Shown piece by piece: positions 11,638-23,100 of a stretch of DNA of 47,426 nt. This stretch comes from Macrostomum lignano. Taxonomy: Eukaryota. Where the stretch lies: contig NIVC01003066.1 in the NCBI GenBank assembly GCA_002269645.1, forward strand, positions 1-47,426, written 5' to 3'. Within the stretch, counting starts at the first letter, position 1. Every line of letters starts with the position of its first letter. Under the pieces are notes generated by a model. That model searched no databases, was not told the origin of the DNA, and saw nothing but the letters and a program-made list of their open reading frames with translations. The translations under genes and the position numbers were made by a program.

Positions 11638-12890
11638 AAATTGAATATAAACATGACAGCAACCCCGGCCCGTCTTTGCTTTAGACTACTAAGACCTCCC
11701 TTGTTGACCTGTATGGAAGAATGAGAGAGGGGGTCGTAAACATTCTGAAGGAAACTTATCCCTAGCCTTTCATTGCTGAATCGTGTCTGCGTGACTGGCG
11801 TCAGCTTCGTATGCAATCAACAAAGATTTTTATTACCCCCCTTCCCTTAATAAATTGGCTAGTAACATTAATAACTAATAATATTTAATAACATTAATAA
11901 ACTAATAATTAATAACTAATAATCTCCTCTCTCATCCTTTCCCCTCTTTCCCTGTCCTCTTGATTCTCTCCCCTCCCCTCCCTCCTCTTCCTCACTCACT
12001 TCTCTCTCCCTTTGTCTCACCTCTCCTCTTTTCTCTCTACTCTTCCATCTCTCGTCTGTTCACTCTTGTTTCTGCTCTCTTATCTCCCCTCTCTCATCTG
12101 TCATTACTCTCTTATACTCGTGTGTTCTCTCACCTCTCTCGCTCTGTACTCTTCTTTTTCCCCTCTTTTGACTCCTCTCTTTTCTTTCTCCTTTCTTCTC
12201 TTCTCTTCCCTCTTCTACTCTCTCCCTCTCTTGTCTTCTCTCTTCTCTCTCCACTCTCCTCTCTTCTCTCATATATCGTCTGTTCACTCTCACCTTTGCT
12301 CTCTCATCCCCCTTTCTCTTCTGTCATCTCTACTCTCCTCTCTCCTGTGTACTCTTCTCTTTCCCCTCTTGTATACTCTCTCCCCTCTATTCTCTTCTCC
12401 CGTCTCTCTGCACTCTGCTCTCTCTTCCTTCATCTCTCATCTCTACTTTCTCATCTTTCCTTTCATCTCTCCCATCTCTATAACCTCATCTCTTTCATCT
12501 CTCCTCCTCTTTCCTTTACTCTTCCCTTCCCTCTCTTCTCTCTCAACTCTCTTCTCACTCCACTCTCCCCCTCTTATCTACTCTCTTCCCTACCCTCTCT
12601 AATCTCTCCTCTCGATCCTCTCTCATCTTCTCTCTGTTCTCTCATCTCTACTCTCTTCTCACTCTTCTCTACTCTCCTCTCCCATCGATCCTCTGTCTCA
12701 TCTCTCCCCTCTTCTCTCTCCCTCTTCTCACCTTTACTATTTCCTCTCCCTCCTCTTGCTTCTTCCTCCCATATACTCTGCTGTCTGCTCTCTCCTTACC
12801 CCTCGTCTCTCCTATTATCGTTTATCTTTTTTCTTACCCCCCTCTCGCCCCTCCTCCCTTTCTAATAGTCTATTCCTTCTCCTTTCTCAT
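11572..12890. repeat. (CT)n tract (11572-11636) and a polypyrimidine low-complexity tract of about 1 kb (11925-12890)
   Basis: Direct reading. Confidence 0.9.
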
Positions 12891-13368
12891 CTAGCCCGCA
12901 CATAAGCTGGATACTGGATTCTTTATCTGGCTTTTGAAGTAAAAGTCTGCCCATTCCTGCTTGGAAAGCCAGTTTGTGGGACGTAGTACTCTCATGGCTG
13001 TTCTCATGCTTTGATCATGTCATCTTTCTTGCCAATTTGCAGTCCTGAAAGGAATTTGTGTATTTTCAGCTCCACTGCAGTCTGCATCAGTCTAACTAAC
13101 AACCAAGGAAATACGCATTTCTTAGGAGGACATTTAAAATTTAAAGTACTTTTAAGAGAAACCTAAAATTTCCATGGTGTGACTAATTTAGTAGGGTTGT
13201 ATTGCATTGCATCGCCTTTTCATAAATCTTTCGCTTTTACAAACCATGCTGGATTCCCTCGATTTGCCATCCACTGTTAAACTGCTGCAGAGTTTGCCAA
13301 TACAGAGGACAGTGGTTAGAATTTCTCACTAAACTGTCATGGCTAAACGTAGCCTCTCCACTCGTGGG

Positions 13369-14229
13369 TAGGGATTCCAATCCCGGGATCCCGGGATTGG
13401 GGCCAAAAATCCGGGATTTGAATCCCGGGATCTTTTTGGGGATCGAATCCTGGGATTGCAAACGTCCGGGATCGGGATCCCGGGATTTCAAGGCCTTAAT
13501 TCCGGGATTGGTCCGGGATTAGAACAACCTTTCAATGCCTAAATTAGATAATTTAAAGTCTAAACGTTTATTTGAATAATAAAACACATTTATTTGTTTT
13601 TGCTGTTTCTCAATGAAACATTAAACATTTGCAAAGCTCCTGTCCTAATTGAGCTAAAAATTGTTAATGTGAACTGTAAATGATGGATAATTTAAACTTT
13701 TTTTCGTTTTCCACCACGAGACGAGACTGAGACTCTGAGAGTCGCGAGAACATTACTACTGCACGCGGCACGCCGCACAGTCCGTCATGTATTATAATTT
13801 AAATTTTAATATTTTGACAATTACCTACAAAGATTTTACTCTTGTTAGTTGTTACTTAGTCTTGTACTCGGGCATCTTGAAGTTTAGGTATTTAAAATAT
13901 TCCAAATTGTGCAAAAATCATGAGATTGCACAGAGACATCTTTCTAGGATACAGTAACAAAAGTCAACAATAAAAACTTACAAAATTTAGCTATATACCT
14001 AATCTTCAAGAGACCTTAGGGATTCCAATCCCGGGATCCCGGGATTGGGGCCAAAAATCCGGGATTTGAATCCCGGGATTTTTTTGGGGATCAAATCCCG
14101 GGATTTTTAATCCCGGGATTTCAAAAGCACCGGGATTCCGGGATTTTGAATCCCGGGATTTCAACAGCATCGGGATTTCGGGACTATTCAATACCGGGAT
14201 TGTAAAATGTCAGGATTTTGGAATCCCTA
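13369..14229. mobile_element. hAT-type non-autonomous DNA transposon with cccgggat subterminal repeats; a second left end at 14017 makes 14017-14229 a nested mini-element
   Basis: TIR tagggattccaa...ttggaatcccta. 8-bp flanks ctcgtggg / cttgcggg differ only by CpG-type transitions. The left end is duplicated at 14017. Confidence 0.8.
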
Positions 14230-14443
14230 CTTGCGGGGGTACAGAGAAGGCTATTAAAAAGTTATTCCAAAGCACTGTACATTTGCTATGCTAAATGTAT
14301 ACCAGTATATGCTAAAAACAAAAAATGTCCCTAAAAATGTATCCCTAAAATTATTGGTTTTCATGAGTAGAGTTTCCTAAAAAAATGTTTTCATACAAAA
14401 AGTCTAAAAATATTACAAATATTTTTATTTTCACAAGGCTAGC

Positions 14444-14790
14444 ACGATTCATGACCATCTGCTAATGTGCAACAAATGTGCCAACATCAAACATGATAAA
14501 AAGTTTAAAATTATTGATTAGATTCAATACCACCACAAAATAAATGGGTTGAAAGCCATGTACATCAAACAGTTAGACTACCCTGAATGTACAACTGACA
14601 GCAGTGACAGGAAGGGGGGCTAGTACTATTCTTAGAATTTTTTGACTATTCTACAGCTACTTAAACCTTGTTTTTAAACTCTTGGCCCATAATTTCATTT
14701 TATTACCTTTCAATTATTACAAAATATTGTCACCTGATGATGCTGAAAGTTAGCCTACAGCAAAACGTGATTGTGAATAAAATAAATAAA
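14444..14790 (+). mobile_element. Older Penelope-like relic: GIY-YIG C-terminal fragment and decayed hammerhead (14731-14775)
   Basis: TIHDHLLMCNKC...FKIID*, then ggg ttg aaa (GL). Then cac-CUGAUGA-u-GCUG...CAGC-aaaa-cgtg, with GAAA mutated, followed by aataaa. Confidence 0.5.
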
Positions 14791-14974
14791 ATATTTTGTC
14801 ATAATATTCGTCAACAATATTAATTGTAAAGAATGCAAATGTTTGCAATTATATTATTATTTTTTGCATTCCTAAAGCGAAGTAGCATTCCTAAAATTTA
14901 AATCTGATTTGTTACCAAGTGGTTAAATTTTGTTACCCAAGCAAGGGCGAAGTGGCTCAGCCTCAGTGCTGGCT

Positions 14975-15515
14975 CCATAGTCCAGATCATATAGTATACG
15001 CCCGAAAATTCGGGCGTGCATTTGCTTTGCACGCCAAAGTTGGCGTGCATAATTGGCGTGCAATGGCACACGCACTAAAAGTTGGCGTGCATCACTCCTG
15101 AGAAAATAGTATGCGTGTACACCTGGCGTGCACTTTATAGAATCACGCGTAAGAGTTATTGTAAAGTACGTAAGAAAAAAGATGAAAAAAGTTCATTTTT
15201 AAGCGCAAATTTCAAGCTTTCCGGGCTTTTCTAGCTCGTAAAAGACTATTTAAACAAATTTTTGCGTGTATAAACTTTCCGCTATAAATAATATCGCCAA
15301 GAAAGCTTTAAAAGCAACAAAATTATTTAATATTTAGGGTCTATTACGCAATTTAAAAAAGGTCTTTAATTGTCACAACGTAAAAAACGTCATTATTTAT
15401 TGTCGCAACACCGGCATATTTTTGAGAATGGGCGTGCACTAAATTTTTTTCGGCGTGCATTTTGTAATTATTCAATTTTTGTTCGGGCGTGCACCCAGCA
15501 TGATCCGGACTATGG
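14975..15515. mobile_element. hAT-type MITE (541 bp) with ggcgtgca subterminal repeats
   Basis: TIR ccatagtcc(a/g)gatcat; perfect 8-bp TSD tgctggct on both sides. Confidence 0.88.
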
Positions 15516-16301
15516 TGCTGGCTGTTATTACGAAGTAGAGATTGCATTCATTATCATATAGGCCGACCATTGTACCAAAAAATTAATAAGCTGTAGATTA
15601 CACAGAATTATTCTGTCGCCGAATTTGTCCATATTGAGTCTGTCGCCGAATTTGTTTGGCGCTTGTCGCCGAATTGGTCAGTCAGCACCCATTTGGAAGC
15701 CGTGGCCGACGGACGGCAAAATTTTTACAGGAAATCCTAAACTAAAATGAATTTATATTTTCATATAAATTATTTTAATTTTTTTTAATAAATTGTTAAT
15801 TAGTTATATTTTAAAGGTTCTAGTAGGTAATAAATTTCTTAAAAAAGGTTTGTTTTAATACCTTAGTTTCTAAATTTAAAAACTAAGTTTTTGTGTGTAG
15901 GGTGCTATTTTTTAAATATATGCTCACTGAAAACCGTGTTATCTGATTTCTCTACTATCCTGTCTATCTCTAATCAGTTTAATAATTTATTGCTTTTAAA
16001 AAAGGGAACCGCAACTGTCTATATTAAATATTTAGGGCCTAGCCTAAAAAGCTAGTGGCCTAGTATTTATTTAGTGGGGCAAGTGTTTTACAAGCCTAAT
16101 ATTTATAAATTTAAATTAGTTGCTCCCATTTTTCCCACAATGGACCCAAGAATGTAAGTTTGGTTTTTTACAGGTCTTTAGGCCTATAATAGGTCTAATA
16201 GTCTAGTATATTTTCCTATTTCTACAGTAGGGTGCTGAGTTCAATAAGACAAAATAATTTTTAACTATGTCCTATTGTAGCTTTTTTTATTGTTGGCAGT
16301 G

Positions 16302-16750
16302 CTTATCCCCATGGTACCATAGGAATAATTTCTGTCTTATTCCAATGGTACATACATGCGCAACCTCCAAAATTTGATCAGCCATGCAATTTATTTTGAA
16401 CAAAAAATGCAACTTAGTTTTTGGCCAAAAATGTGACTTAAGTGTGAAAGAAACCCTAAAGCAAAATTAATGCAACTTTGGGTAAACAACAGGAGTAACC
16501 ATGACTGTATTGTAAAGGCAGAATGCCTCATTATCTACTTAGTACTACTTGGGTATTTATTCAGGTGCAGATTTTTGTGATTTACCTTGGTTGGCCACCA
16601 AAATGGTTGGTCAGATTGGCTGACTCGGCCAACTGTTGCGCATGTATAAATGGTATTGTGGGAATAATTTTCTGCTTATCTATATGGCACACTGACAAGA
16701 AAGTTGCTCCTAGGGGCCTCTTTTATATATGCCATATATAAATAGTTTAT
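16302..16750 (+). repeat. Dispersed host repeat with about 34-bp subunits; other copies at 27560-28008 (-) and 29345-29415 (+)
   Basis: With MITEs removed, cttatcc..atggtac.ata..aataattt.tgtcttattccaa...tgggaataattttctgcttatc..at.gcacactgac aligns between the copies. Confidence 0.8.
16351..16648 (+). mobile_element. hAT-type MITE (about 297 bp), copy 1
   Basis: TIR catacatgcgcaac; near-TSD caatggta / aaatggta; homologous to 27703-27997. Confidence 0.82.
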
Positions 16751-16894
16751 AGCTTATTGAAAGGAAATTTAAATTGACAATAAGAAGCTATTGATATATA
16801 AACTCAAATCCATATACTAAAAATGAAAATCAGTTCTAAATTATAAACACTTACTAAAGTAATTTACTTTAAATCATATTCATAACTCATAAGT

Positions 16895-17072
16895 TAGGGC
16901 TGGATCTAGAAGAGGGGCCTAGGGGGCCATGGCCCCTCCCTTAGCCACGACCAAAAAAAATTTGGTTATACTTTTTTGGACTGCAACTATGCCAGGTCTA
17001 TTTTCCAATATTGGGTTATAGTGTTTGGTATAGTTTGGCCTACTCCTCAAAATTTTTCTGGATCCATGCCTG
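16895..17072. mobile_element. Small degenerate MITE, probably hAT-type
   Basis: Imperfect TIR agggctggatctaga / aggcatggatccaga; imperfect 8-bp flanks tcataagt / ttataact. Confidence 0.45.
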
Positions 17073-17200
17073 TTATAACTTCTCATAAGTAATGGATGAA
17101 AAAAGTGTTTTTTTTGCTCAAAAGGCCATTAAAACTATTTTTATAAAGCAAATGTTTAAGCTAAGTTATTTTGTTATATTGTACTCTAGCCATAAGTAAT

Positions 17201-18029
17201 TGTCACGTTATTTGATGTTGGCCGTGACCCTTAAAAGGGCCGTTTTAGTCCCAAAAATAAGTTGGAATCAACTTAGGCGAAGTGGATGGTGTAGCGGAGC
17301 ACTTGGCAATAAGGGCAGGAAACTGCCGTAGTTGTTTTTATTATCAATATAAATAGTAAGTTTGGTTGTTACTGGCAAATAACAAACTTTGGTTTCCTGG
17401 GCACTGGCGGCTGCAACAATGGTTTCTTTCAAGATAAATTGGATGTGAGTTCAAGCGACAGACGAGTGATGTAATGGCGACGTAACGTGATGATCAATGG
17501 CAATGAGTACAGTGAAGGCAGGGAGGCGTAGTGGCGAGTTTGGCGTCGGTCGTGGCGTGAAACAGTCAAGTAAGTGTGTGAGCAGGCTGGCCCAGACAGA
17601 AAGGCCGTGGTGAGAAATAAGGAGGCTCGAGGCAGCCAGACAAACAGATAAGACAGCTAAGAGGCAGCAGGGAAGGAAACAAGGAACGGGACAGGAGAGA
17701 CGAAAAAGCGTGAGGGGTGCCCGCCGCCAGGCGGGGGGTTTAATAAAAGAGCGCAGAGGGGGGTAGCGCGAGCACGAGTGATTTCATTGGCTGGCGAGAG
17801 AACTTAAAATTATCGATCGTGCCAATTTTATACGGTCGCGAGAGAGGATAGCAAAATATACAGTGAATTAGAAATTGCCACAAAATCGTTGGGGCACTAC
17901 TACAAGTAAACGTCGCAATAAACGAATGGAAAAGTTTAGTTGAAACGGTGAAACTAAAGGGTTGAATGACTATGGAGAACAGCAGTCCAACGGCCCTTTT
18001 CGGGACCACCTTAAACTGACAACGTCACA
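17201..18029 (-). repeat. 3' LTR (829 bp)
   Basis: Manual comparison with 26732-27559 gives 11 substitutions and 1 indel (about 98.6% identity). Confidence 0.97.
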
Positions 18030-18043
18030 CCCGCCTCCCTTCC
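18030..18043 (-). other. Polypurine tract (ggaagggaggcggg) abutting the 3' LTR
   Basis: Purine-rich run immediately 5' of the LTR TG on the element strand. Confidence 0.85.
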
Positions 18044-18589
18044 GAAAAAGGATAGGGTCGCGCAAAAGAAAACCAACACGCAGGGTGACGGCAGAAACAC
18101 AGCATGACCGCAGCATATGAAATTACAGTAGAATGAATTACAGTGGGGTTGAGTCAGTTTGTATGAGCATATGATTACCGGACAAAATTACAAAGTTCCA
18201 AAGGCTACAGACTATTACGAGAGCAGAACATTACAAAGGAGACGATAGGGGATTACAGAGCAGTAGAGCGCGGTGAGCGCGAGTAGTATAGCATGGTGGC
18301 GTTACAAAACATAACAAAATACAACAATGGTTACAAAGTAGCGCAGAACAGAGCGTGCGGCGCGCGAACATAAAAACGACAAAGGACGCGCAGAAGTGAT
18401 ACGATGGATGAGGCAAAACACAGAACGAAGATGACAAAATGGATGAGGCAAAGGACGCAGAGCAGAGGCACGGAACAGAGGCACAGTCCGGACAACTGCA
18501 GGCAAACGACGCCAAGCGTCAAGGGCGGCGGGACACGGCGCGGCGCGGCTCCCCACTGTAGGCGGGAGGAAGAAACCGGCGCAAGAGCG

Positions 18590-19090
18590 CCCAAGGCGGA
18601 GACACGGCGCAGCGCGCCAAGGCAGAGACGGCGCAGCGCGCCAGGCGGAGAACGGCGCAGCGCGCCAAGGCAGAGACGGCGCAGCGCGCCAGGCGGAGAA
18701 TGGCGCAGCGCGCCAAGGCAGAGACGGCGCAGCGCGCCAAGGCAGAGACGGCGCAACGCGCCAGGCGGAGAACGGCGCAGCGCGCCAGGCGGAGAACGGC
18801 GCAACGCGCCAAGGCAGAGATGGCGCAACGCGCCAAGGCAGAGATGGCGCAACGCGCCAAGGCAGGAAATGGCGCTACGCGCCAAAGGCAGAGACGGCGC
18901 AACGCGCCAGGCAAAGGAACGGCGCCACGCGCCAGGCAGAGGATGGCGCCACGCGCCAAAGGCAGAGAAACGGCGCCACGCGCCAAGGCAGAGACAGCGC
19001 AACGCGCCAGGCAAAGGAACGGCGCCACGCGCCAGGCAGAGGATGGCGCTACGCGCCAAAGGCAGAGGATGGCACTACGCGCCAAAGGCA
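18590..19090. repeat. GC-rich minisatellite of about 24 bp (gcgccaaggcagagacggcgcagc) in the Gypsy 3' region
   Basis: Tandem variant units; open in several frames on both strands. Confidence 0.9.
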
Positions 19091-19652
19091 GAGAGAGCGT
19101 GCGTGCGGTGTGTGTGTGTGTAGTGCTTACTTTTACCCCACAAGTATTATATATATCTAGCTATATCCTTGAAATTTGCGAAATTAGACCATAAACTACA
19201 AATAATTTTTGATGAAGGCGATGCTGGCCTATTAAACCAGCTGCATCTCATTTTTGAGAGTGAATGTGATGCTCAGCTCATTAATGAGCTGACCAGCGAT
19301 TTGAGCTAGTTATATTCCTATAGGCAGATTTTTTTTCTCAAGTTTTCAATGGTTTTTTCAGTTTTTCTTTTGTTTTCTTTTCAATATTTGAGCTAAGGCT
19401 AATGTCTTATCTACTATTTGTTTCTAGCACCGTAGTGTATTCTATAGACTACGGCAACGCCGACCAGGTGCAGTCGGAGTTGGGTGCTGCGATATTATAT
19501 ATATTCTTGCGTTAGAACAATATAGTATTTATACTGTCGGCATATTATACTAATTCTGCTAGTGTTTTATTTTATTTATGGTTTAGACGTTCTTATACAT
19601 TTCATCGACTATGGAAATACCGACCGGGTGCAGTCGGGGTTGGTGCAGTCTT

Positions 19653-20147
19653 CAGGTGCCGCAGGAACCTGTGGCCGACAGGTGCCACAGGAGGTAGTTT
19701 AACGCCTTGCCCGGGGCGTGAGCCTGCGGTTTATAACTATAAATTTTAGTTTATTTATTTTAGTTAGCTATATAAATTATCAAATTGCAATGTCACTGCA
19801 GTTTATCCCCTTGACTACGGTGGTTGGCTGTTGGCTGGTACAGCTGTGGAAGTTGTGCACACTAGTATCTGGCAGTGAGTAACAGCTGTGGCTTGTGTTT
19901 TGTGGCTTGCGGCTGGCAGATGCCGCAGGGACCTGTGACCAACAGGTGCCACAGGAGGTAGTTTAACGCCTTGCCCGGGGCGTGAGCTTGCGGTCTACAG
20001 GTGCCACAGAGACCTGTGGCCGGCAGGTGCCACAGGAGGTAGTTTAACGCCTTGCCCGGGGCGTGAGCTTGCGGACTACAGGTGCCGCAGAGACCTGTGG
20101 CTGACAGGTGCCACAGGAGGTAGTTTAACGCCTTGCCCGGGGCGTGT
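19653..20147 (-). repeat. 81-bp structured repeat in the Gypsy 3' UTR: three tandem copies (19917, 19998, 20079) and one separate copy (19653)
   Basis: 42-nt core caggtgccacaggaggtagtttaacgccttgcccggggcgtg is invariant in all four copies. Confidence 0.93.
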
Positions 20148-20158
20148 AAAACTGGCGG

Positions 20159-23100
20159 TTAGTGTCTGCTTCCCCACTGCTGGAGCAGGTCGGACACTTG
20201 ACAGGTCCGGTACCTGACAGGCGGGCGGATGGGGCGTCCGTACCTGGATCTGGGTACGTCAGCCGGGGCTGGTGGCTCAGCTGCTTGCGCAGCGACTGGA
20301 TTCGCAGCAATCTCAGGTGGTTCTATTTGCTCGGAGGAAGGGTCCCCCAAGGAAGCCGTGTACAGCGACTCTGAGCTGTCTTGGCTGTGGCTGGTGTCAG
20401 TGTCTGTGCTGTCAGTGTCAGTGTCTGGTTGTGGCTGTCCCTCAATAGCTACAGCATCGCCAGCTTCGGCGAATGGTTGGCCTTCTCCCGCTTCAGCTCC
20501 CGCCCCCTCCTCAAAGGCGCCTGAAGCTGGCGGTGGTGGATTTGGCCCTGGCGCTCTGCGTGGGCTCTCTGGCCGGGCAGAGGAAGGCTGGGGAATGGTG
20601 ACAAGGCTAAGCTCGCTCGCGGGTCCGCTGGGCGGGTTCACACTAGGCGCTGGAGACCTGGCATGGGTGGCCTCACCATACCGGTCAACTACGTCTTGGT
20701 AAGTGGGCTGTCTGATGCACGGTTTGAGGTGGTCAATGTTGTAAATGTTATGGCGCGGATTTGGCACCCGATCTGCTGGGTTTAGGAGACCATACTCGGG
20801 GACTAAACGGTAAGTCCGCTCGGAGCAGCGCTGCACTACTCGGTATGGCCCCAACCACACAGCGGGTTCTATGCCCTTGTGGTTCGGGTTCAAGACCCAG
20901 ACTAATTCTCCCTCGTGGAACTCAGCGCGGAGGGCGCGGCGGTCGTAATACCTTTTCTGCCTTTCCTGGGCTTTACCCCTAGTGCGGCGGGCTAGGGCAG
21001 AGGTTTCGACTAGCGTGCGGTGCAACTGGTGGGCGTACCTCTCCGGCTGGTAGTGTTCATTTGGCGGTGGGTTGTGACAGAGGTTGAGCGGTAGTTCGAA
21101 CTCACGCCCGAAGAAAAGTTTGGCTGGAGTAAATCTGGTGGATTCGGCGACTGTGGCACGGATTGACAGGGCGGCCAGGCAGCTGGCAAGGGGCCAGTCG
21201 CATTGTCTCTCAAGACAGATGGCTCTAATCTGGGCTTTCACCGTCTGGATCATCCTCTCAGCTTTACCGTTAGCCTGAGGGCGACGGGCTGTGATCCGAC
21301 CCATGTCAATCTGTAGGAGCCTAGTTAATTCTATCATGGTACTATTGATGAAGGCAGTTCCGTTATCAGACACCAGCTGCTCCATCACCCCATACCTGGC
21401 AACCCATTCAGTCAGGATGGTTGTGGCAGTGGTCTCTGCGCTGACGTCGGGAACAGGGACTACTTCAACAAACCCGGTGAACCTGTCGATCATAACCAGC
21501 AGGTACTTGTACCCGTCACACTCTTCGAACGGGCCTGCGTGGTCCACGTGGACAACCTGGTTCGGGTAGCCGGACAGTTCTGGTTGCATAGGGGCCTTGA
21601 GCTTACGCTTTGACTTCTTAGTCTTAGCGCAAACGGTGCATTCGGCCAGGACCCCCTTGACTATAGTATCTAAGTCGGAAATAACGAAGCGCGCCTTCAG
21701 GGCGGCCATCGTCTTGGTGATACCGCAATGGTTCAACTGGCCATGATACTGAAGGACCAGATGACCGACGTCTGCGGTCTCAGGCACCACCAGGCGCCTG
21801 TTGGCAGTCTTGGCTTTGGAGGATTTGGCTAAGTACAATAGACCCTCGACTACTTCAAGGTCATTGAATTGAGCCCAGAGTGAGCGCATTTCCCGGCTAC
21901 AACCCTGCAGTTCGGCCTTGGACAATGGCTCAGTCTTACACTGGACACTGGCGATTAGGCGCGCCATGTCAACACAGGAGTCCTGGGCATTCTGGGCCCA
22001 GATGAGCTCAGGTGGCACTTGGGATTCGGTTTCAGGTTGACGGGATTCAGTCTCTGGGCTAGGAACAGCACCGCTAGCAGTAGCGCGGACATTCGGCGTT
22101 GGTTCAGCCGGGGCATCTGTGTCAGTCTGACACGCTACGCTAATGCCTATGGTCTGGACGCACACCTGACGCAGTTCTCTAGAGGGGGGCGTACGCCGGT
22201 GCTTTGGGTCTTGGTCCAGGAATTTCCCTTTAAATTCTGGAATCTGGCTGCACGTCGGGCAGTCAAAGTGATCGGCTCTGAATTTTGGCAGTCTACTAAG
22301 AGCGTCAGCAGGCACGTGGTCAACGCCTGGACGGTACTGGACTGTGAAATCGTATTCGGCTATTCGTTCTAGAGTGGACTGCTGGACCTTCAGCGGGTAC
22401 AGTTCAATGGTGGCAAGCCATTGGGCCAGCATACCAGTGGCATGCTTCTTAGAATGCAGCCATTTGAGCGCGGCCGCGTCCACGCGGACAGTGAAAGGCT
22501 TGTCTAATAGATAAGGACGGAAATGCTCGAGCATCAGAACGAGCCCTAGCAACTCCCTCATGGTGGCGCAGTAGTTTCTCTGGCTACTGTTGAATTTTTT
22601 GGATGCGTAAGCTATAACTTGCTCTTGGCCATCTGGCCCGAGCTGGTACAGCACACCCCCAGTGCCGTCAAGCGAGCTATCGCAGTCCAAAATAAATTCG
22701 CGCCCTTTGGCAGAGAGGTCTGGATACGCCAGAATCGGTGGTGAACAGAGGCTATGTTTGAGTTCTTGGAAAGCCCGTTCATGATGCGGTTGCCATAGAA
22801 ACGGAGCATCCTTTTTGGCTAAGGCATACAAAGGCGTGGCGATGATTGAGAATCGCGGCACGAATTTCCGGTAGTAATTCGCAAATCCCAAGAATGATAG
22901 AAGCTGTTTCTTAGAAAGCGGTTTAGGCCAGTCTTGGACAGCCTGAGTCTTCGCTGGGTCAGCCTCAATGCCCCGGCTAGACACAACGAACCCCAGGAAT
23001 GCGACCTTGTCCTTAAACAGCTCACACTTAGACGGCTTAATTTTGAGACTGGCTTTTCTAAGCTGCCAGAGGACCAGCGCGAGATGCGCGATCATTTGGT

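Noticed and set aside
10016-12865. Hydrophobic S/L-rich ORFs resembling membrane proteins
   Set aside because: CT-rich low-complexity DNA; only the GIY-YIG part is real.
15605-15690. Three copies of tgtcgccgaatt
   Set aside because: Probably subterminal repeats of a decayed transposon; no TIR or TSD could be defined.
18231-19194. Possible env or accessory ORF in the Gypsy 3' region
   Set aside because: The ORFs arise from a GC-rich minisatellite and are open on both strands; no env features.
20229-20702. Antisense ORF overlapping the pol tail, and other short ORFs within pol
   Set aside because: Shadow frames of GC-rich coding sequence.
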